Below are positions 16,753 to 26,696 of a stretch of 32,000 nucleotides of DNA, in pieces. A program made the translations under genes and the position numbers. Origin of the DNA: an uncultured Chloroflexia bacterium (GTDB lineage Bacteria; Chloroflexota; Ktedonobacteria; Ktedonobacterales; JADMIN01); NCBI GenBank assembly GCA_963718915.1, contig CAVRAI010000001.1, positions 90,001-122,000 of the forward strand, given 5' to 3'. The notes below the pieces were generated by a model. That model searched no databases. It worked only from the letters and a program-made list of their open reading frames with translations, and was not told the DNA's origin. How positions within the stretch are numbered: position 1 is the stretch's first letter; each line of letters opens with the position of its first letter.

Positions 16753-17739
16753 TCACAACTCGGCGCGCAGATAGCGCAGCCAGAGGTCGCTCGCCAGCGC
16801 CGCCGCATCCGCCTCGACGCCGCAACGGGCGAAATACTGGCAGACACGGGCGATATCGCGCGCCAGCAGATCACCCACGGCGGGGTTATAGCGCGGATCC
16901 ACCGCCTGGGCGAAGTCGATAATGGTAATCGCGCCGTCCCAGTAGAGCATGTTGTAGGCGGAGAGGTCGCCGTGCACGCGGTCGCACGCTAGCCATAGCT
17001 CGACGTTGCGCAGCACCCGCCCAAAGAGTGGCGCGGCCTCTTCGCGGTCCAGCGTTACCTTGCGCAGCAGTGGCGCGGGCATGCCCGGCCCGCCGCCGAT
17101 ATACTCCATCAGCACGGCGTTGCCGCTCTGCGCCAGTGGCCGCGGCGCATCCGCCCCGGCGTCGTAGAGCAGCCGCTGCGTCTCGTATTCGTAGCGAATC
17201 CAGGCGTTGATCTTCGCCGCGCGTCCGCGCTCGGTCTCCTTCGCGGTCGCATTCCAGCGTTTCGCGCCACGTCCCTCGCGCCCCTTGGCATCCACCTGGG
17301 GACGGCTGGCGCGATAGACAGCGTCGTTGCGCAGGCTGCGAAACATGCGCGGGCGGTAAACCTTCGCCGCCACGTATTCCAGCCCGGTGGATGGGTGCGC
17401 CGCACAACAGTAGACCGTCGCCTCCTTGCCGCTTTTGACCATCGCCAGCACATCGGTAATCAGGTCGTCTTCATAGAAGGCTGCCAGCGACGAGAGCACC
17501 CACGGGCGGTCGCGCTGGTGCGCCAGAAACGACGGATTGAACGGCGACTTCGTCCCCGCGCGTTCAGATTCCTGTTCGCGCAGCCAGCGCTGGACGTCGG
17601 CGTTGGCCTCGTAGCTAGTCTTCTGGTTGCGAGGGATAGACTCGCCATCGGAGTCGGAGCCGGACAGCAGATCAAGATCATCAGGCGTGGTGGTGCGATT
17701 CGTATCCACGAGCGGTATTCTCCCAGACGCGGCAGTCAC
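16753..17739 (-). CDS. RIO-type atypical serine protein kinase
   Basis: Motifs are SGKEATVYCC.....YVAAKVYR (nucleotide-binding loop and Lys), VHGDLSAYNMLY (catalytic loop) and ITIIDFAQAV (metal-binding Asp). The acidic/Ser-rich N-terminal extension is unrelated to the kinase core. Confidence 0.8.
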   Translation of the reverse strand: MTAASGRIPLVDTNRTTTPDDLDLLSGSDSDGESIPRNQKTSYEANADVQRWLREQESERAGTKSPFNPSFLAHQRDRPWVLSSLAAFYEDDLITDVLAMVKSGKEATVYCCAAHPSTGLEYVAAKVYRPRMFRSLRNDAVYRASRPQVDAKGREGRGAKRWNATAKETERGRAAKINAWIRYEYETQRLLYDAGADAPRPLAQSGNAVLMEYIGGGPGMPAPLLRKVTLDREEAAPLFGRVLRNVELWLACDRVHGDLSAYNMLYWDGAITIIDFAQAVDPRYNPAVGDLLARDIARVCQYFARCGVEADAAALASDLWLRYLRAEL

Positions 17740-18227
17740 CCATACATGTCCGTGTGGAACGAGACCATGCGGCAGGGTGAGGCGCGCGCAGTGAAAGCGC
17801 GTGATCGTGGAGACGCGAGCGGACGGTGTGAAATCCCGCTAGTGGAGAGGGATGTTGGTTCGCGGCGTTGCCCCGCCGATCACGGCGCGAGCGAAAGAGG
17901 GTTGAGACGCGCGCGAAACCATCATCATGAGGACGCTCCTTCCGCACTGGCATGTGGGACGCTATGGGATAGCGAGTAGTGGGCGGCGATACTTCAGCCG
18001 CCGCGTACAGCATATCCGGCGATGACACGCGGTGGGTATCAGATTTCCGCACCTTCTTCCGGCAAAGGCGAGAATCGCGCGCGGACGCTGAGGTATAGTT
18101 TTACAGAGCGCGCGGCTGTGGTAAAAAGTAGTGGCTGTGGCGCATCTCATGCATAACTCACGCATCACATGATGGTGGCTCATTCTGAAACCGTGCTATC
18201 ACGAAGCGACACACGAAGGACAGAACG

Positions 18228-19793
18228 TTGACTACTCCGCAAACGCAGCCCAATGATGAGCTGAACCTGACGACGTCAGACGCGCGCATCCAGGAATTGC
18301 TGGAGCGCATGAATGAGATCGCCGACCTCGGCGCAATGAACGCGTTGCTCGGATGGGACCAGAACACCGCGCTGCCGGATGGCGCGGGCGAGGTCCGTGG
18401 CGCACAGATGGCGACACTAGAGGGCGTTCTGCACGAGCGCCAGACCGCACCGCGTATCGGCGAACTGCTCGGCGAACTGGAGTCGGTGGTGGCGAAGGCG
18501 CCGTATACCGACGCCGACCGTGGTCTGGTGCGCGAGACGCGCCGGGGATATGACCAGGCGACAAAACTGCCCGCCGGGCTGGTGCAGGAGATGGCGCGCG
18601 TGGGGGCGGCGGCATTCGAAGCCTGGCGGCGCGCCCGCGAGCACAACGACTTCGCCCAGTTCGCGCCGTGGCTCGGCAAGACGATCACATTGCAGCGCGA
18701 GGTGGCCGACCGGCTGCGCACGCAGGGACAGGCGACCCGCTACGACGCGCTGCTCGACCTCTACGAGCCAGGCATGACCAGCGAGCGGCTCGACGCGCTC
18801 TTCGGCCCGATCCGCGCAGTGAGCGTCGCCACGTTGCAGCGGATTCAGCAGAGCGGACACACGATTGACGCCTCCTGTCTGGAAGGCGATTTCCCCGCCG
18901 ATTCACAGGTCGCCCTCTCGCGCGAGCTGCTGACAGGTATGGGCTACGACTTCAACAACGGCGGCATCGCCGTCTCGCCGCATCCGTTCACCACCAGCTT
19001 CGGTTCGCCGTTCGATGTGCGCGTGACGGTGCGCCCCGATCCGAAGTTCCTCCAGGCGGCGCTTATGGCGGCGATTCACGAGGGCGGCCACGCCGTCTAC
19101 GAGCAGGGCAGCGATACGCGGCTGGCGCGTTCGCCGCTGGCGGGCGGCGCATCGCTCGGCGCGCACGAGTCACAGTCGCGCCTGTGGGAGAACGCCATCG
19201 GGCGCTCGGAGGCGTTCTGGCGGGGCCAGTATGATAAGGTGAAGGCCGCCTACCCGCAGCAGTACGCCACGGTGGACTTCGCCACGTTCGCACGCGCGCT
19301 GAATACGGTGCAGCCAAGTCTGATTCGTGTCGAGGCCGACGAAGTGACCTACAATCTGCACATCATCGTCCGCTATGAGATGGAGAAGGCGATGGTCAAC
19401 GGCGAGGTCGCGGTCGAGTCGCTACCGGGCATGTGGAACGGGATGTATCAGGAATATCTGGGCGTCGAGCCGCCAACCGACTCCGAGGGTATCATGCAGG
19501 ATATCCACTGGACGAGTGGCTTCGGCTACTTCCCGACCTACACGCTCGGCAATCTCTATGCGGCGCAGATTTATGCCGCGTTGCGCCAGACCTTCCCGGA
19601 TTTCGACGCGCGACTGGCATCGGGCGACACCAGCTTCATCCTGAACTGGCTGCGCGAGCGCATGTATTCGGTCGGCTCGGTCTACCAGCCGGAGCAACTG
19701 ATCGAGCGGGTGACAGGCGAGAAGCCCAACCCAGACTACTTCCAACGCTATCTGACGCAGAAGTTCGCGAGGGTCTACGATCTGGCGGACTGA
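18228..19793 (+). CDS. M32 (Taq-type) metallo-carboxypeptidase
   Basis: Motifs are [11 protein letters not shown] (HExxH), [28 protein letters not shown] and [14 protein letters not shown] start at 18228 as in the track; GAAGGA lies upstream. Confidence 0.9.
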   Translation: MTTPQTQPNDELNLTTSDARIQELLERMNEIADLGAMNALLGWDQNTALPDGAGEVRGAQMATLEGVLHERQTAPRIGELLGELESVVAKAPYTDADRGLVRETRRGYDQATKLPAGLVQEMARVGAAAFEAWRRAREHNDFAQFAPWLGKTITLQREVADRLRTQGQATRYDALLDLYEPGMTSERLDALFGPIRAVSVATLQRIQQSGHTIDASCLEGDFPADSQVALSRELLTGMGYDFNNGGIAVSPHPFTTSFGSPFDVRVTVRPDPKFLQAALMAAIHEGGHAVYEQGSDTRLARSPLAGGASLGAHESQSRLWENAIGRSEAFWRGQYDKVKAAYPQQYATVDFATFARALNTVQPSLIRVEADEVTYNLHIIVRYEMEKAMVNGEVAVESLPGMWNGMYQEYLGVEPPTDSEGIMQDIHWTSGFGYFPTYTLGNLYAAQIYAALRQTFPDFDARLASGDTSFILNWLRERMYSVGSVYQPEQLIERVTGEKPNPDYFQRYLTQKFARVYDLAD

Positions 19794-19803
19794 ACGCTAA
19801 CCT

Positions 19804-19853
19804 GACCTCACCCCCGGACCTCACCCCCAGCCCCTCTCCCACGGGGAGAGGGG
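19804..19853. repeat. REP-like element: 2x GACCTCACCCCC + hairpin CCCCTCTCCC-ACG-GGGAGAGGGG
   Basis: Same family as 16703..16740, in the opposite orientation. It lies between the convergent 3' ends of 18228..19793(+) and the AraC pseudogene(-). Confidence 0.75.
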
Positions 19854-19961
19854 AGCCAGAGGGCCGCAGCCGTGAGCATGTCCTTCATCGTGCGCTCCCA
19901 GCCTGACGGCTGGCGCGGCTGCCTCCCACCGGGTGAGGGGGAGCCAGAATCGCGCGCTGGC

Positions 19962-20919
19962 TCATCGGCTGGCACTTTCCAACGCATCTTCCCGCAGCCG
20001 TTGCACGTCGCGCATCGGTGGGGCGCCGAAGAGGTACTTGTACTCCCGATTGAAGTGGGAGGCGTCGTTATAGCCCACGCGATAGGCGGCGCTGGTCGCG
20101 TCGAGGTCTTCGCCCAGCATCAGACGGCGAGCCTCCAGGAGCCGCAGCCGCTTCTGGAATTGCAGGGGGCTTAGCGCCGTGACGGCCTTGAAGTGGTGAT
20201 GGAACCCTGAGACGCTCATGCCCAGCTCGCGCGCAAGTTGCTCGATGCGCAGCGGCTGATCGTAGTCCTGGCGGAGTCGCTCAACTGCTCTGGCGATGTG
20301 GGAAGTGTATCCCCCTGTGAGCGCCAGGTGACGAAGCAGACCACCCTGTTCTCCTACCAGGAGACGATAGATAATTTCCCGCGTGACAAGCGGCAGGAGC
20401 ACCTGCGCTTCGGCAGGACACTCCAGGAGCCGGACGAGCCGCACGCTGGCGTCCAGCAGGTCGGCATCTAATGGGCTGACGGCCATGGCCATTGGATCAG
20501 CAGGGACTGGCGGTGTGGAGAAACAATCGGCTTCCACCATAACCGAGTTGACGAGGGCGGGGTTGAGTTCCAGGCGAAGGCTAAGATAAGGCCGCGCCTT
20601 CGAGGCTTCGGAGCACCTGGCTGACCCAGGGTAGGTCAACGGTGGCAAGCAGATAATGCGCGGGGTCGTACCGGTGGCGGCTCTCGCCCAGCAGAACCTC
20701 CTTGCTCCCCTGAGCAACCACACACAGGGATGGCTCGACCACACTGTGCAGCGGCTCCAGCGGCACGGAGCGGCGGGACAGATATAGCCCTGGGAGCGGC
20801 TGGATGGTTCCATCTGCGCGGACGGCCCGCGCAATCCGCTCAACCAACTCCTCGCGACTGGCTTGTACCCGCTGCGCCTCGCGTTCCCCTTGCTGAGGAG
20901 GTAAAACGTCCAGGTTCAT
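19962..20919 (-). pseudogene. AraC-family regulator (AraC_N-type ligand domain + HTH_18), frameshifted
   Basis: The N-terminal part sits in the frame of track ORF 20581..20979: ..PLHSVVEPSLCVVAQGSKEVLLGESRHRYDPAHYLLATVDLPWVSQVL. The remainder sits in the frame of 19962..20843: ..EASKARPYLSLRLELNPALV...HTH IEQLARELGMSVSGFHHHFK..YNDASHFNREYK. Removing one C near 20610-20614 restores QVLEASKARPYLSL. Likely start ATG 20919. Confidence 0.85.
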
Positions 20920-21167
20920 AACAGCCACGGAAAATCCCCTCCCTACTTTCTTCACATGCATCAAGATTTGCAGAATCATTCAATCATCTTCGACAAACAT
21001 TCTATCATCCTGCGGCTCTGGGGCGTCTATCATCACTGTTGGATAGAGAAAACGTCTCTCGGGTCCAGGCAATGCAAGCTGGACTATTCTTCAAGGGCAA
21101 TCAGCCTGGCGTTGAAGGGAAGGTGAGACCAGACGTAATAGACCGCAAACGAGTAGGGTAGGACCGC

Positions 21168-22200
21168 ATGAAAGCTGCACTGTTTGTAGTCGAAAGCGAA
21201 GTCCCTCGGACGACCGCCTGATCGAGCTCAACCGACGCCCTTATCCGCGTCACCCGCGCCGCCATCTGCGGCAGCGATCTCTGGCCGTACAAGGCGATGG
21301 AGCGCAGCGAGACGGGCCGCCGCATGGGCCACGAGTTCATTGGCGTCGTCGAGGCTGTTGGCGCCGATGTACGTACCGTCAAACCGGGTGATGTCGTCGT
21401 CTCGCCGTTTCTGTGGTCGGACGGCATGTGCGTCTTCTGCCGGGAAGGGCTGCAGAGCGCATGTCTTCACGGCGGCCGGTATGGCTTCGACGATGTCGAC
21501 GGCGGACAGGGCGAAGCGGTGCGCGTCCCCCAGGCCGACGGCACGCTCGTCGTGCTGCCCGGTTGCGCGATGGAATGACGCGCTGCATGCCCTCGCTGCT
21601 GACGCTCGCGGACGTGATGGGCACCGGCCACCATGCGGCCGTCACCGCCCACGTAGCGCCTGGCAAGACAGTGGCCGTCGTCGGTGACGGCGCGGTCGGC
21701 TTGTGCGGTGTGATCGCGGCAAAGCGGCTCGGCGCCGAACAGATCATCATCCTGGGCCGACACCCCGAAGCGCGATCGCGCTCGCGCAGCAGTTCGGCGC
21801 GACCGATGTCGTCAGCGAGCGGGGCGACGAGGCAGTCGAGCGCGTGCGCGAACTCACCGACGGCTTCGGCGCCCATGCCGTCCTCGAATGCGTCGGCCTC
21901 GAGCAGTCGATGCTGATCGCGATGCACATCGCCCGTCCCGGCGGCGCCATCGGGCGCGTCGGCTTTCCACAGGACGAGACGATGCTCCGCCGAGGCAATC
22001 GGACGTTCTTCAAGAACGTCACCATCAGCGGCGGCCCTGCCCCGGCGCGGGCGTACATCCCGGAGTTGCTGCCAGATGTCCTTGAAGGCCGGATCGAGCC
22101 GGGCCGCGTCTTCGACCAGGTCGTACGCCTCGACGGAGTACCCGACGGTTACCGTGCAATGAACAACCGCGAGGCGATCAAGGTTCTGATAGAATTCTGA
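21168..22200 (+). pseudogene. Zn-dependent alcohol dehydrogenase (MDR family), multiply disrupted
   Basis: Recognisable segments are MKAALF.., TDALIRVTRAAICGSDLWPY, GHEFIGVVEAVGADV..VKPGD, CVFCREG, GGQGEAVRVPQADGTLV, DALMPSLLTLADVMGTGHHAA, GKTVAVVGDGAVGLCGV and C-terminal ..DGYRAMNNREAIKVLIEF. There is an in-frame TGA at 21219. Frame changes occur at ~21574-21576, 21586 and ~21783. Confidence 0.85.
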
Positions 22201-22230
22201 AGCGACCGCATCACCGAAGGAGACATGCAC

Positions 22231-22623
22231 ATGGCCGCATGGACAAACGACGAGCTTGCCAGAATCGGGGCGGCGGAAGAACTGGAGATCGCCCCGCTGC
22301 GACGCGACGACACGCTGCGACACCCGGTGACGATCTGGGTTGTCCGCGATGGCGACGATCTCTATGTCCGGTCGGTGAATGGGCGCACCGCCGCGTGGTT
22401 TCGCGCCACCCAGGTGCGCCACGAAGGCCACATCGAGGCTGGTGGCATAGAGAAAGACGTCACCTTTGTGGACGTGGACACCGCCGACGATGTCGAGAAT
22501 CAGATCGACTCCGCGTATCGCGGCAAGTACCGCCGCTACGCCGCAAGCATTGTCAACACCACCTTGACAGTTGAGGCGCGAGCGGCGACGCTCAAACTTG
22601 TGCCCCGCGCGGCAGGCTCATAA
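22231..22623 (+). CDS. DUF2255-family protein
   Basis: The sequence AWTNDELARIGAAEELEIAP.R.D.TLR.PVTIWVVRDGDDLYVRSVNGRTAAWFR......G.IEAGG.EKDVTF....D.....ID.AYR.KY matches my memory of DUF2255. AAGGAG lies 8 nt before ATG 22231; the track start 22225 is too close to the SD. Confidence 0.7.
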   Translation: MAAWTNDELARIGAAEELEIAPLRRDDTLRHPVTIWVVRDGDDLYVRSVNGRTAAWFRATQVRHEGHIEAGGIEKDVTFVDVDTADDVENQIDSAYRGKYRRYAASIVNTTLTVEARAATLKLVPRAAGS

Positions 22624-22690
22624 CGTACAATTGTGTACCGCTTGAGAAGGTCACAAGTCACACAACAACATGAGGGAGAACGACAACGAC

Positions 22691-23095
22691 ATGCAGATCA
22701 CCAGAAACTCTGTCGCGACCAACGCTGGACCAGGCGAGTGGTTCACCGGCACAGTCTACATCGATACCGTCGCGGCGCCGTCCGCTGGCTCGCGTCTGAG
22801 CGCCAGCAGCGTCCACTTCACGCCGGGCGCCCGGACGGCGTGGCATACCCACCCCAACGGCCAGACCATCTATGTCACCGAGGGCGTCGGCCTCTGTCAG
22901 CGGCGCGGCGGGTCAGTTGAGGTGATCCGCCCCGGCGACCGCGTCTTCTTCGAGCCGGGTGAGGAGCACTGGCACGGCGCTTCTCCCAACCGCTTTATGA
23001 CTCACCTGGCGATGCTCGATGTCGATGAGAACGGCAACAACGCGACCTGGGGCACGCATGTCACCGACGAAGAGTACGGCCAGCAGCCTGGGTGA
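22691..23095 (+). CDS. Cupin-domain protein
   Basis: The cupin core is V.FTPGARTAWHTHPNGQTIYVTEG.G......G...VIRPGDRVFFEPGEEHWHGA. The start may be 22691 (MQITRN..) or 22670. Confidence 0.75.
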   Translation: MQITRNSVATNAGPGEWFTGTVYIDTVAAPSAGSRLSASSVHFTPGARTAWHTHPNGQTIYVTEGVGLCQRRGGSVEVIRPGDRVFFEPGEEHWHGASPNRFMTHLAMLDVDENGNNATWGTHVTDEEYGQQPG

Positions 23096-23201
23096 TCCGA
23101 CCAGTGATACTGATTTCGTCTTGGTTGTTGTCGCATGGGCTATCCGCAGCATGAATGCTCTTTTACAAATTGCGACGGACAGCGTAATCCCGCCGCGTCG
23201 G

Positions 23202-23381
23202 AGCGCGGGCGGTTGAAACCGCGCCTGAAGGGCCTCGCTGGCGGTCCGCCACAAAACCCGCCGCCGCGGGTTGCAGACTTCCGCTCGTCACCGAGTATCC
23301 CGTTGGGCACGGTCTGGGCAGTCCGCGCAGGCGGACTTCGTGGCCGCAGGCCCAAGAGGCGCGGTTTCAACCGCCCGCGCT
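23202..23381. repeat. 180-bp GC-rich near-palindrome with perfect 24-bp terminal arms
   Basis: AGCGCGGGCGGTTGAAACCGCGCC (23202-23225) is the exact reverse complement of 23358-23381. Pairing continues imperfectly inward (GGGCC 23230-23234 with GGCCC 23349-23353). Internal hairpins are AACCCGC-cgcc-GCGGGTT (23255-23272) and AGTCCGC-gcag-GCGGACT (23320-23337). It lies between convergent gene ends. Confidence 0.8.
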
Positions 23382-23444
23382 GCTTACCCAGCGCGTGTCC
23401 CTTGTATTTTCTACAACTACATGAGGCCACGGCGGGCGCCTGGT

Positions 23445-25427
23445 TTAGCCGCGCATCCCCAGGTTCTTTACCTGCCTGTCGAGGAAACGCGCAATCTCCG
23501 GGTACGCTTTGATACGGTTAGCGCGTTTGATCAGGCCGTGGCCCTCATCCTCGAAGCGCAGGTACTCTACCGGCACATTGCGCGCGCGTAACGCCGCGAC
23601 GATCTGCTCCGCCTCCCCCACCGGCACGCGCGGATCGTTCGCGCCATGGACGACGAAGAGCGCGGCGGTTATTGCGTCCGTGTGGTGAATCGGCGAGATT
23701 GTTTCGAGGAACTCGCGGTCGTTCTCCAGGCTGCCATATTCCGGCTCGCGCAGCTTGCGCCGCCACGGCCCGGTCTGCTCCAGGAAGGTGACGAAGTTGG
23801 CGATGCCGACGATATCAACCCCAGCCGCCCAGAGATCGGGGTAGGTCGTCACCGCTGAAAGCACCATGAAGCCGCCGTAGCTGCCGCCCATCACAGCGAT
23901 GCGTCGCGTGTCGGCGATCCCCTGCTTGCCCAGCCAGCCGACCGCGGCGGCGAGATCGGCCACCGAGTCCATCCGCAGGCGTACGTCATCCAGACTTTGG
24001 TACAGGTAGCCATAGCCGCTACTGCCTCGGACGTTGGGCGCAAGGACACCGTAGCCATGCGCCGCCAGATACTGGATGACCGGGTTGAATGCGGGACGCA
24101 TCTGGCTTTCCGGCCCACCGTGAACGTAGACAACCACCGGAAGCTGGCGCGGCTCGACGCCTCGTGGCAGAAAGAGGTAGGCGGGAATCTCCCGGTCGTC
24201 GAAGGTCGGGTAGCGCACCAACTGTGGCGAGACGAAGGCCGCATCAGGAAGCCCACCACGGGCGCTCAGCGTCGCGGGGGTGAGCGTCTGGCTGGCGATA
24301 TCCCAGAGGCAGATATTGACCGCGTCGTTGGGTGGGGCAAAGGTGAAGGCGAGCCGCGCGCCATCGGGCGACCACTGTACTCCTGCTACCACCCCCAGTG
24401 GCAGATCAGGCGATGGCAACGGCGTGCGCCCTTCCCATCCTGCTGCGATATCGAAAAGCTCGATGTGGGAGGCGCCATCGACGTTTGTGACCAGCGCCAG
24501 CCGCTGGCCGTCGCGCGAGAGCGCCAATCCCTCGGCGTCCCACTGGTCCTCACGCAGGTAGGTCAGTTCGGTTGTGGCGAGGTCGAGCCAGGCCAGTGAG
24601 AGAAACTGGCGGCCACGATCGCTGAGCAGATACAGCCCCCGCCCATCCGCTGACCACTGCGGGGAGACATGGCGCGCCGGGCCGCTCGTCTCGCTGTCGG
24701 GGGTCAGTTGCCGGACCGCGCCAGACACTGTATCTACCTGCAGCAGCGCGTTGCGCACATTCGAATCCAGACGCTGCACCAGCACCGAGCGCCCGTCAGG
24801 GGCATAGCTCGCGGGGTAGTTGGTACCGTCATGCTGGAGCAAGAGGCGTGGCGCGGCGTCCAGGTCGTCCACTGAGCGTTCGTAGATGTCGAAGAAGCGC
24901 GCATCGCGGGCATTGGTCGCATAGACAATGCGCGTACCATCGGGTGACCAGCCATTGCTGGCAGAGCCATCCTCCTGGCCGCCGCCGAAGACATGAATCA
25001 CCTCTGGCTGATTGGTCAATGGAATCAACTCAGTGCCCGTTGAACCGTCCCCATCTTCACGCAGACGCATCAGGAAAAGCTGGGTGCGCTCGTTGCCGCC
25101 CACGTCGCCACTGATAATGAGCTGGTCATCGACCGGTGAGTACGAGGCGCCCGCGTTGCGCTCGCCGCCAAAGGTCAACTGCTCCGGCCAGGGGAGCGCC
25201 GCGTCTGGCACAACTGGCACACTCCAGACTTCAGCAACGCCGGTAATATCGGTCAAAAAGGTGAGGTGACGTCCATCCGGCGAGAAGCTGGCGCCGCTGG
25301 CGGAGCGCACGTTGAGGTAACGCACGAAGTCAGAAGAGTCAGGAGGCGCGCTATCCGTCGTCCTTGCCTTCGTCCGGTCGTCATGCTCTGCGGTCATGAG
25401 ATACCTCCTGAAACTCACGAAGCTCAC
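23445..25427 (-). CDS. S9-family serine peptidase (prolyl oligopeptidase / acylaminoacyl-peptidase type) with an N-terminal beta-propeller
   Basis: Catalytic motifs are GGSYGGFM (Ser), HGANDPRVP (Asp) and FEDEGHGL (His). The N-terminal TolB/WD40-like repeats read SPDG..L.F. Confidence 0.9.
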   Translation of the reverse strand: MSFVSFRRYLMTAEHDDRTKARTTDSAPPDSSDFVRYLNVRSASGASFSPDGRHLTFLTDITGVAEVWSVPVVPDAALPWPEQLTFGGERNAGASYSPVDDQLIISGDVGGNERTQLFLMRLREDGDGSTGTELIPLTNQPEVIHVFGGGQEDGSASNGWSPDGTRIVYATNARDARFFDIYERSVDDLDAAPRLLLQHDGTNYPASYAPDGRSVLVQRLDSNVRNALLQVDTVSGAVRQLTPDSETSGPARHVSPQWSADGRGLYLLSDRGRQFLSLAWLDLATTELTYLREDQWDAEGLALSRDGQRLALVTNVDGASHIELFDIAAGWEGRTPLPSPDLPLGVVAGVQWSPDGARLAFTFAPPNDAVNICLWDIASQTLTPATLSARGGLPDAAFVSPQLVRYPTFDDREIPAYLFLPRGVEPRQLPVVVYVHGGPESQMRPAFNPVIQYLAAHGYGVLAPNVRGSSGYGYLYQSLDDVRLRMDSVADLAAAVGWLGKQGIADTRRIAVMGGSYGGFMVLSAVTTYPDLWAAGVDIVGIANFVTFLEQTGPWRRKLREPEYGSLENDREFLETISPIHHTDAITAALFVVHGANDPRVPVGEAEQIVAALRARNVPVEYLRFEDEGHGLIKRANRIKAYPEIARFLDRQVKNLGMRG

Positions 25428-25615
25428 GCCTGGTGGTCAAGCTGAAACAGTGCGCGCGACCACGTCTGCCTCGTCTGGGTCGTCTCGCGCATCGCATCTC
25501 GTAGCATATTGAACACTTACAAGCAGTGACAATCTGGGGTACCAGTGTACCCGCATGACCCTTTGAGGAGAGACACGCTGTGTGGGCATCGCATCTTCCG
25601 GGACCGTTGGCCCGG

Positions 25616-26647
25616 TTAGGTCAGCTCCCCACTGACGATGGCGGCGCCCTCGACCATCGCCCGGAGCTTGCCGAAAGCGACGTCACGCGGCAGATATTTC
25701 ATGCCACAGTCGGGCGCGACGATCAGGCGCTCTGGCGCGACGTAGCGCAGCGCGTCACGAATACGCGCGGCAACCTCTTCCGGCGTCTCTACCGTCATAC
25801 TGCCAAGATTGAGCACGCCCAGCATGATGGTCTTATCAGGCAACTCGCGTAACACCGAGAGGTCCAGGTTGGGCTGGGCGGTCTCCAGCGAGATGTGTTG
25901 GGCGGCGCATGCGTTCAACTCTGGCAGGAAGGCGTAGCCCCCTGCGGGCCGGTCGTGGACGATGGCGGCATAGCCGAAGCACATATGCAGGGCGGTGGTT
26001 CCCTTAACCCCTTCGAGCGCGCGATTAATGACCTCGACGGCGTAGGCGCGCGCCTTCTCTGGCCTCGCCTGAAGGTACGGCTCATCAATCTGCACGACAT
26101 CGGCGCCCGCCGCGAATAAGTCCTTAATCTCTTCATTGATAGCGGCGGCCATATCCAGCGCGAGCGCGCGGTCATCCGGGTAGTAATCGTTCTGCGCCTG
26201 CTGCGTGACCGTGAAGGGGCCTGGCACGGTGATCTTGATGCGCCGGCCGGTATTGCGGCGCAGAAACGCCAGGTCGCGCACCTCGACCGGGCGGGTGCGG
26301 CGGATGGGGCCGACGACGCGCGGAACGGGGTTGGAGTGACCCGTGCGGTCGATGGCCGTGCCGGGATGATCGAGATCAAGACCCTCCAGCGCGGTGGCGA
26401 AGCGATTGGAGTAGCTCTCGCGGCGAATCTCGCCATCGGAGATGATGTCCACGCCCGCGCGCTCCATATCGCGGATGGCGACGATGGTCGCGTCGTCCTG
26501 TGCCTCTTCGAGATACGACTCAGGCACGCGCCAAAGCTCACGCACGCGGACGCGCGGCGGCAGCCGACTGCGCAGGTTTTCGCGGTCCACCAGCCAGTCC
26601 GGCTGGGGGTAGCTGCCGACGACGGTTGTGAGAATACGTTCAGCCAT
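25616..26647 (-). CDS. MetE C-terminal-domain-like (Meth_synt_2) Zn-dependent alkyl/methyltransferase
   Basis: The N-terminus MAERILTTVVGSYPQPDWL is typical. Zn-ligand motifs HMCFGY and VAPDCGMKYL are present. I prefer ATG 26647 (GAGGA 5-9 nt upstream) to the track start 26692. Confidence 0.8.
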   Translation of the reverse strand: MAERILTTVVGSYPQPDWLVDRENLRSRLPPRVRVRELWRVPESYLEEAQDDATIVAIRDMERAGVDIISDGEIRRESYSNRFATALEGLDLDHPGTAIDRTGHSNPVPRVVGPIRRTRPVEVRDLAFLRRNTGRRIKITVPGPFTVTQQAQNDYYPDDRALALDMAAAINEEIKDLFAAGADVVQIDEPYLQARPEKARAYAVEVINRALEGVKGTTALHMCFGYAAIVHDRPAGGYAFLPELNACAAQHISLETAQPNLDLSVLRELPDKTIMLGVLNLGSMTVETPEEVAARIRDALRYVAPERLIVAPDCGMKYLPRDVAFGKLRAMVEGAAIVSGELT

Positions 26648-26696
26648 GATTTTCCTCTTCGTCATGCGCCCTGCGCAGGGGTAATGCGCCACATCA

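Noticed and set aside
17740-18227. Possible RNase P RNA, tmRNA, cobalamin, c-di-GMP-I, ykkC or ZTP riboswitch in the long intergenic region
   Set aside because: I could not find the diagnostic conserved boxes on either strand: GAGGAAAGUCC, the tmRNA 5' end and tag, the B12 box, the GEMM GGCAAA..GACGCAAAGCC pairing, and the others. The region is kept only as an unexplained structured region.
23202-23381. CRISPR-like sequence: the arms contain ..GGCGGTTGAAAC.., reminiscent of CRISPR repeat 3' ends
   Set aside because: There are only two copies and they are inverted, not direct. There are no regularly spaced spacers and no cas genes in the window. It is treated as a palindromic repeat instead.
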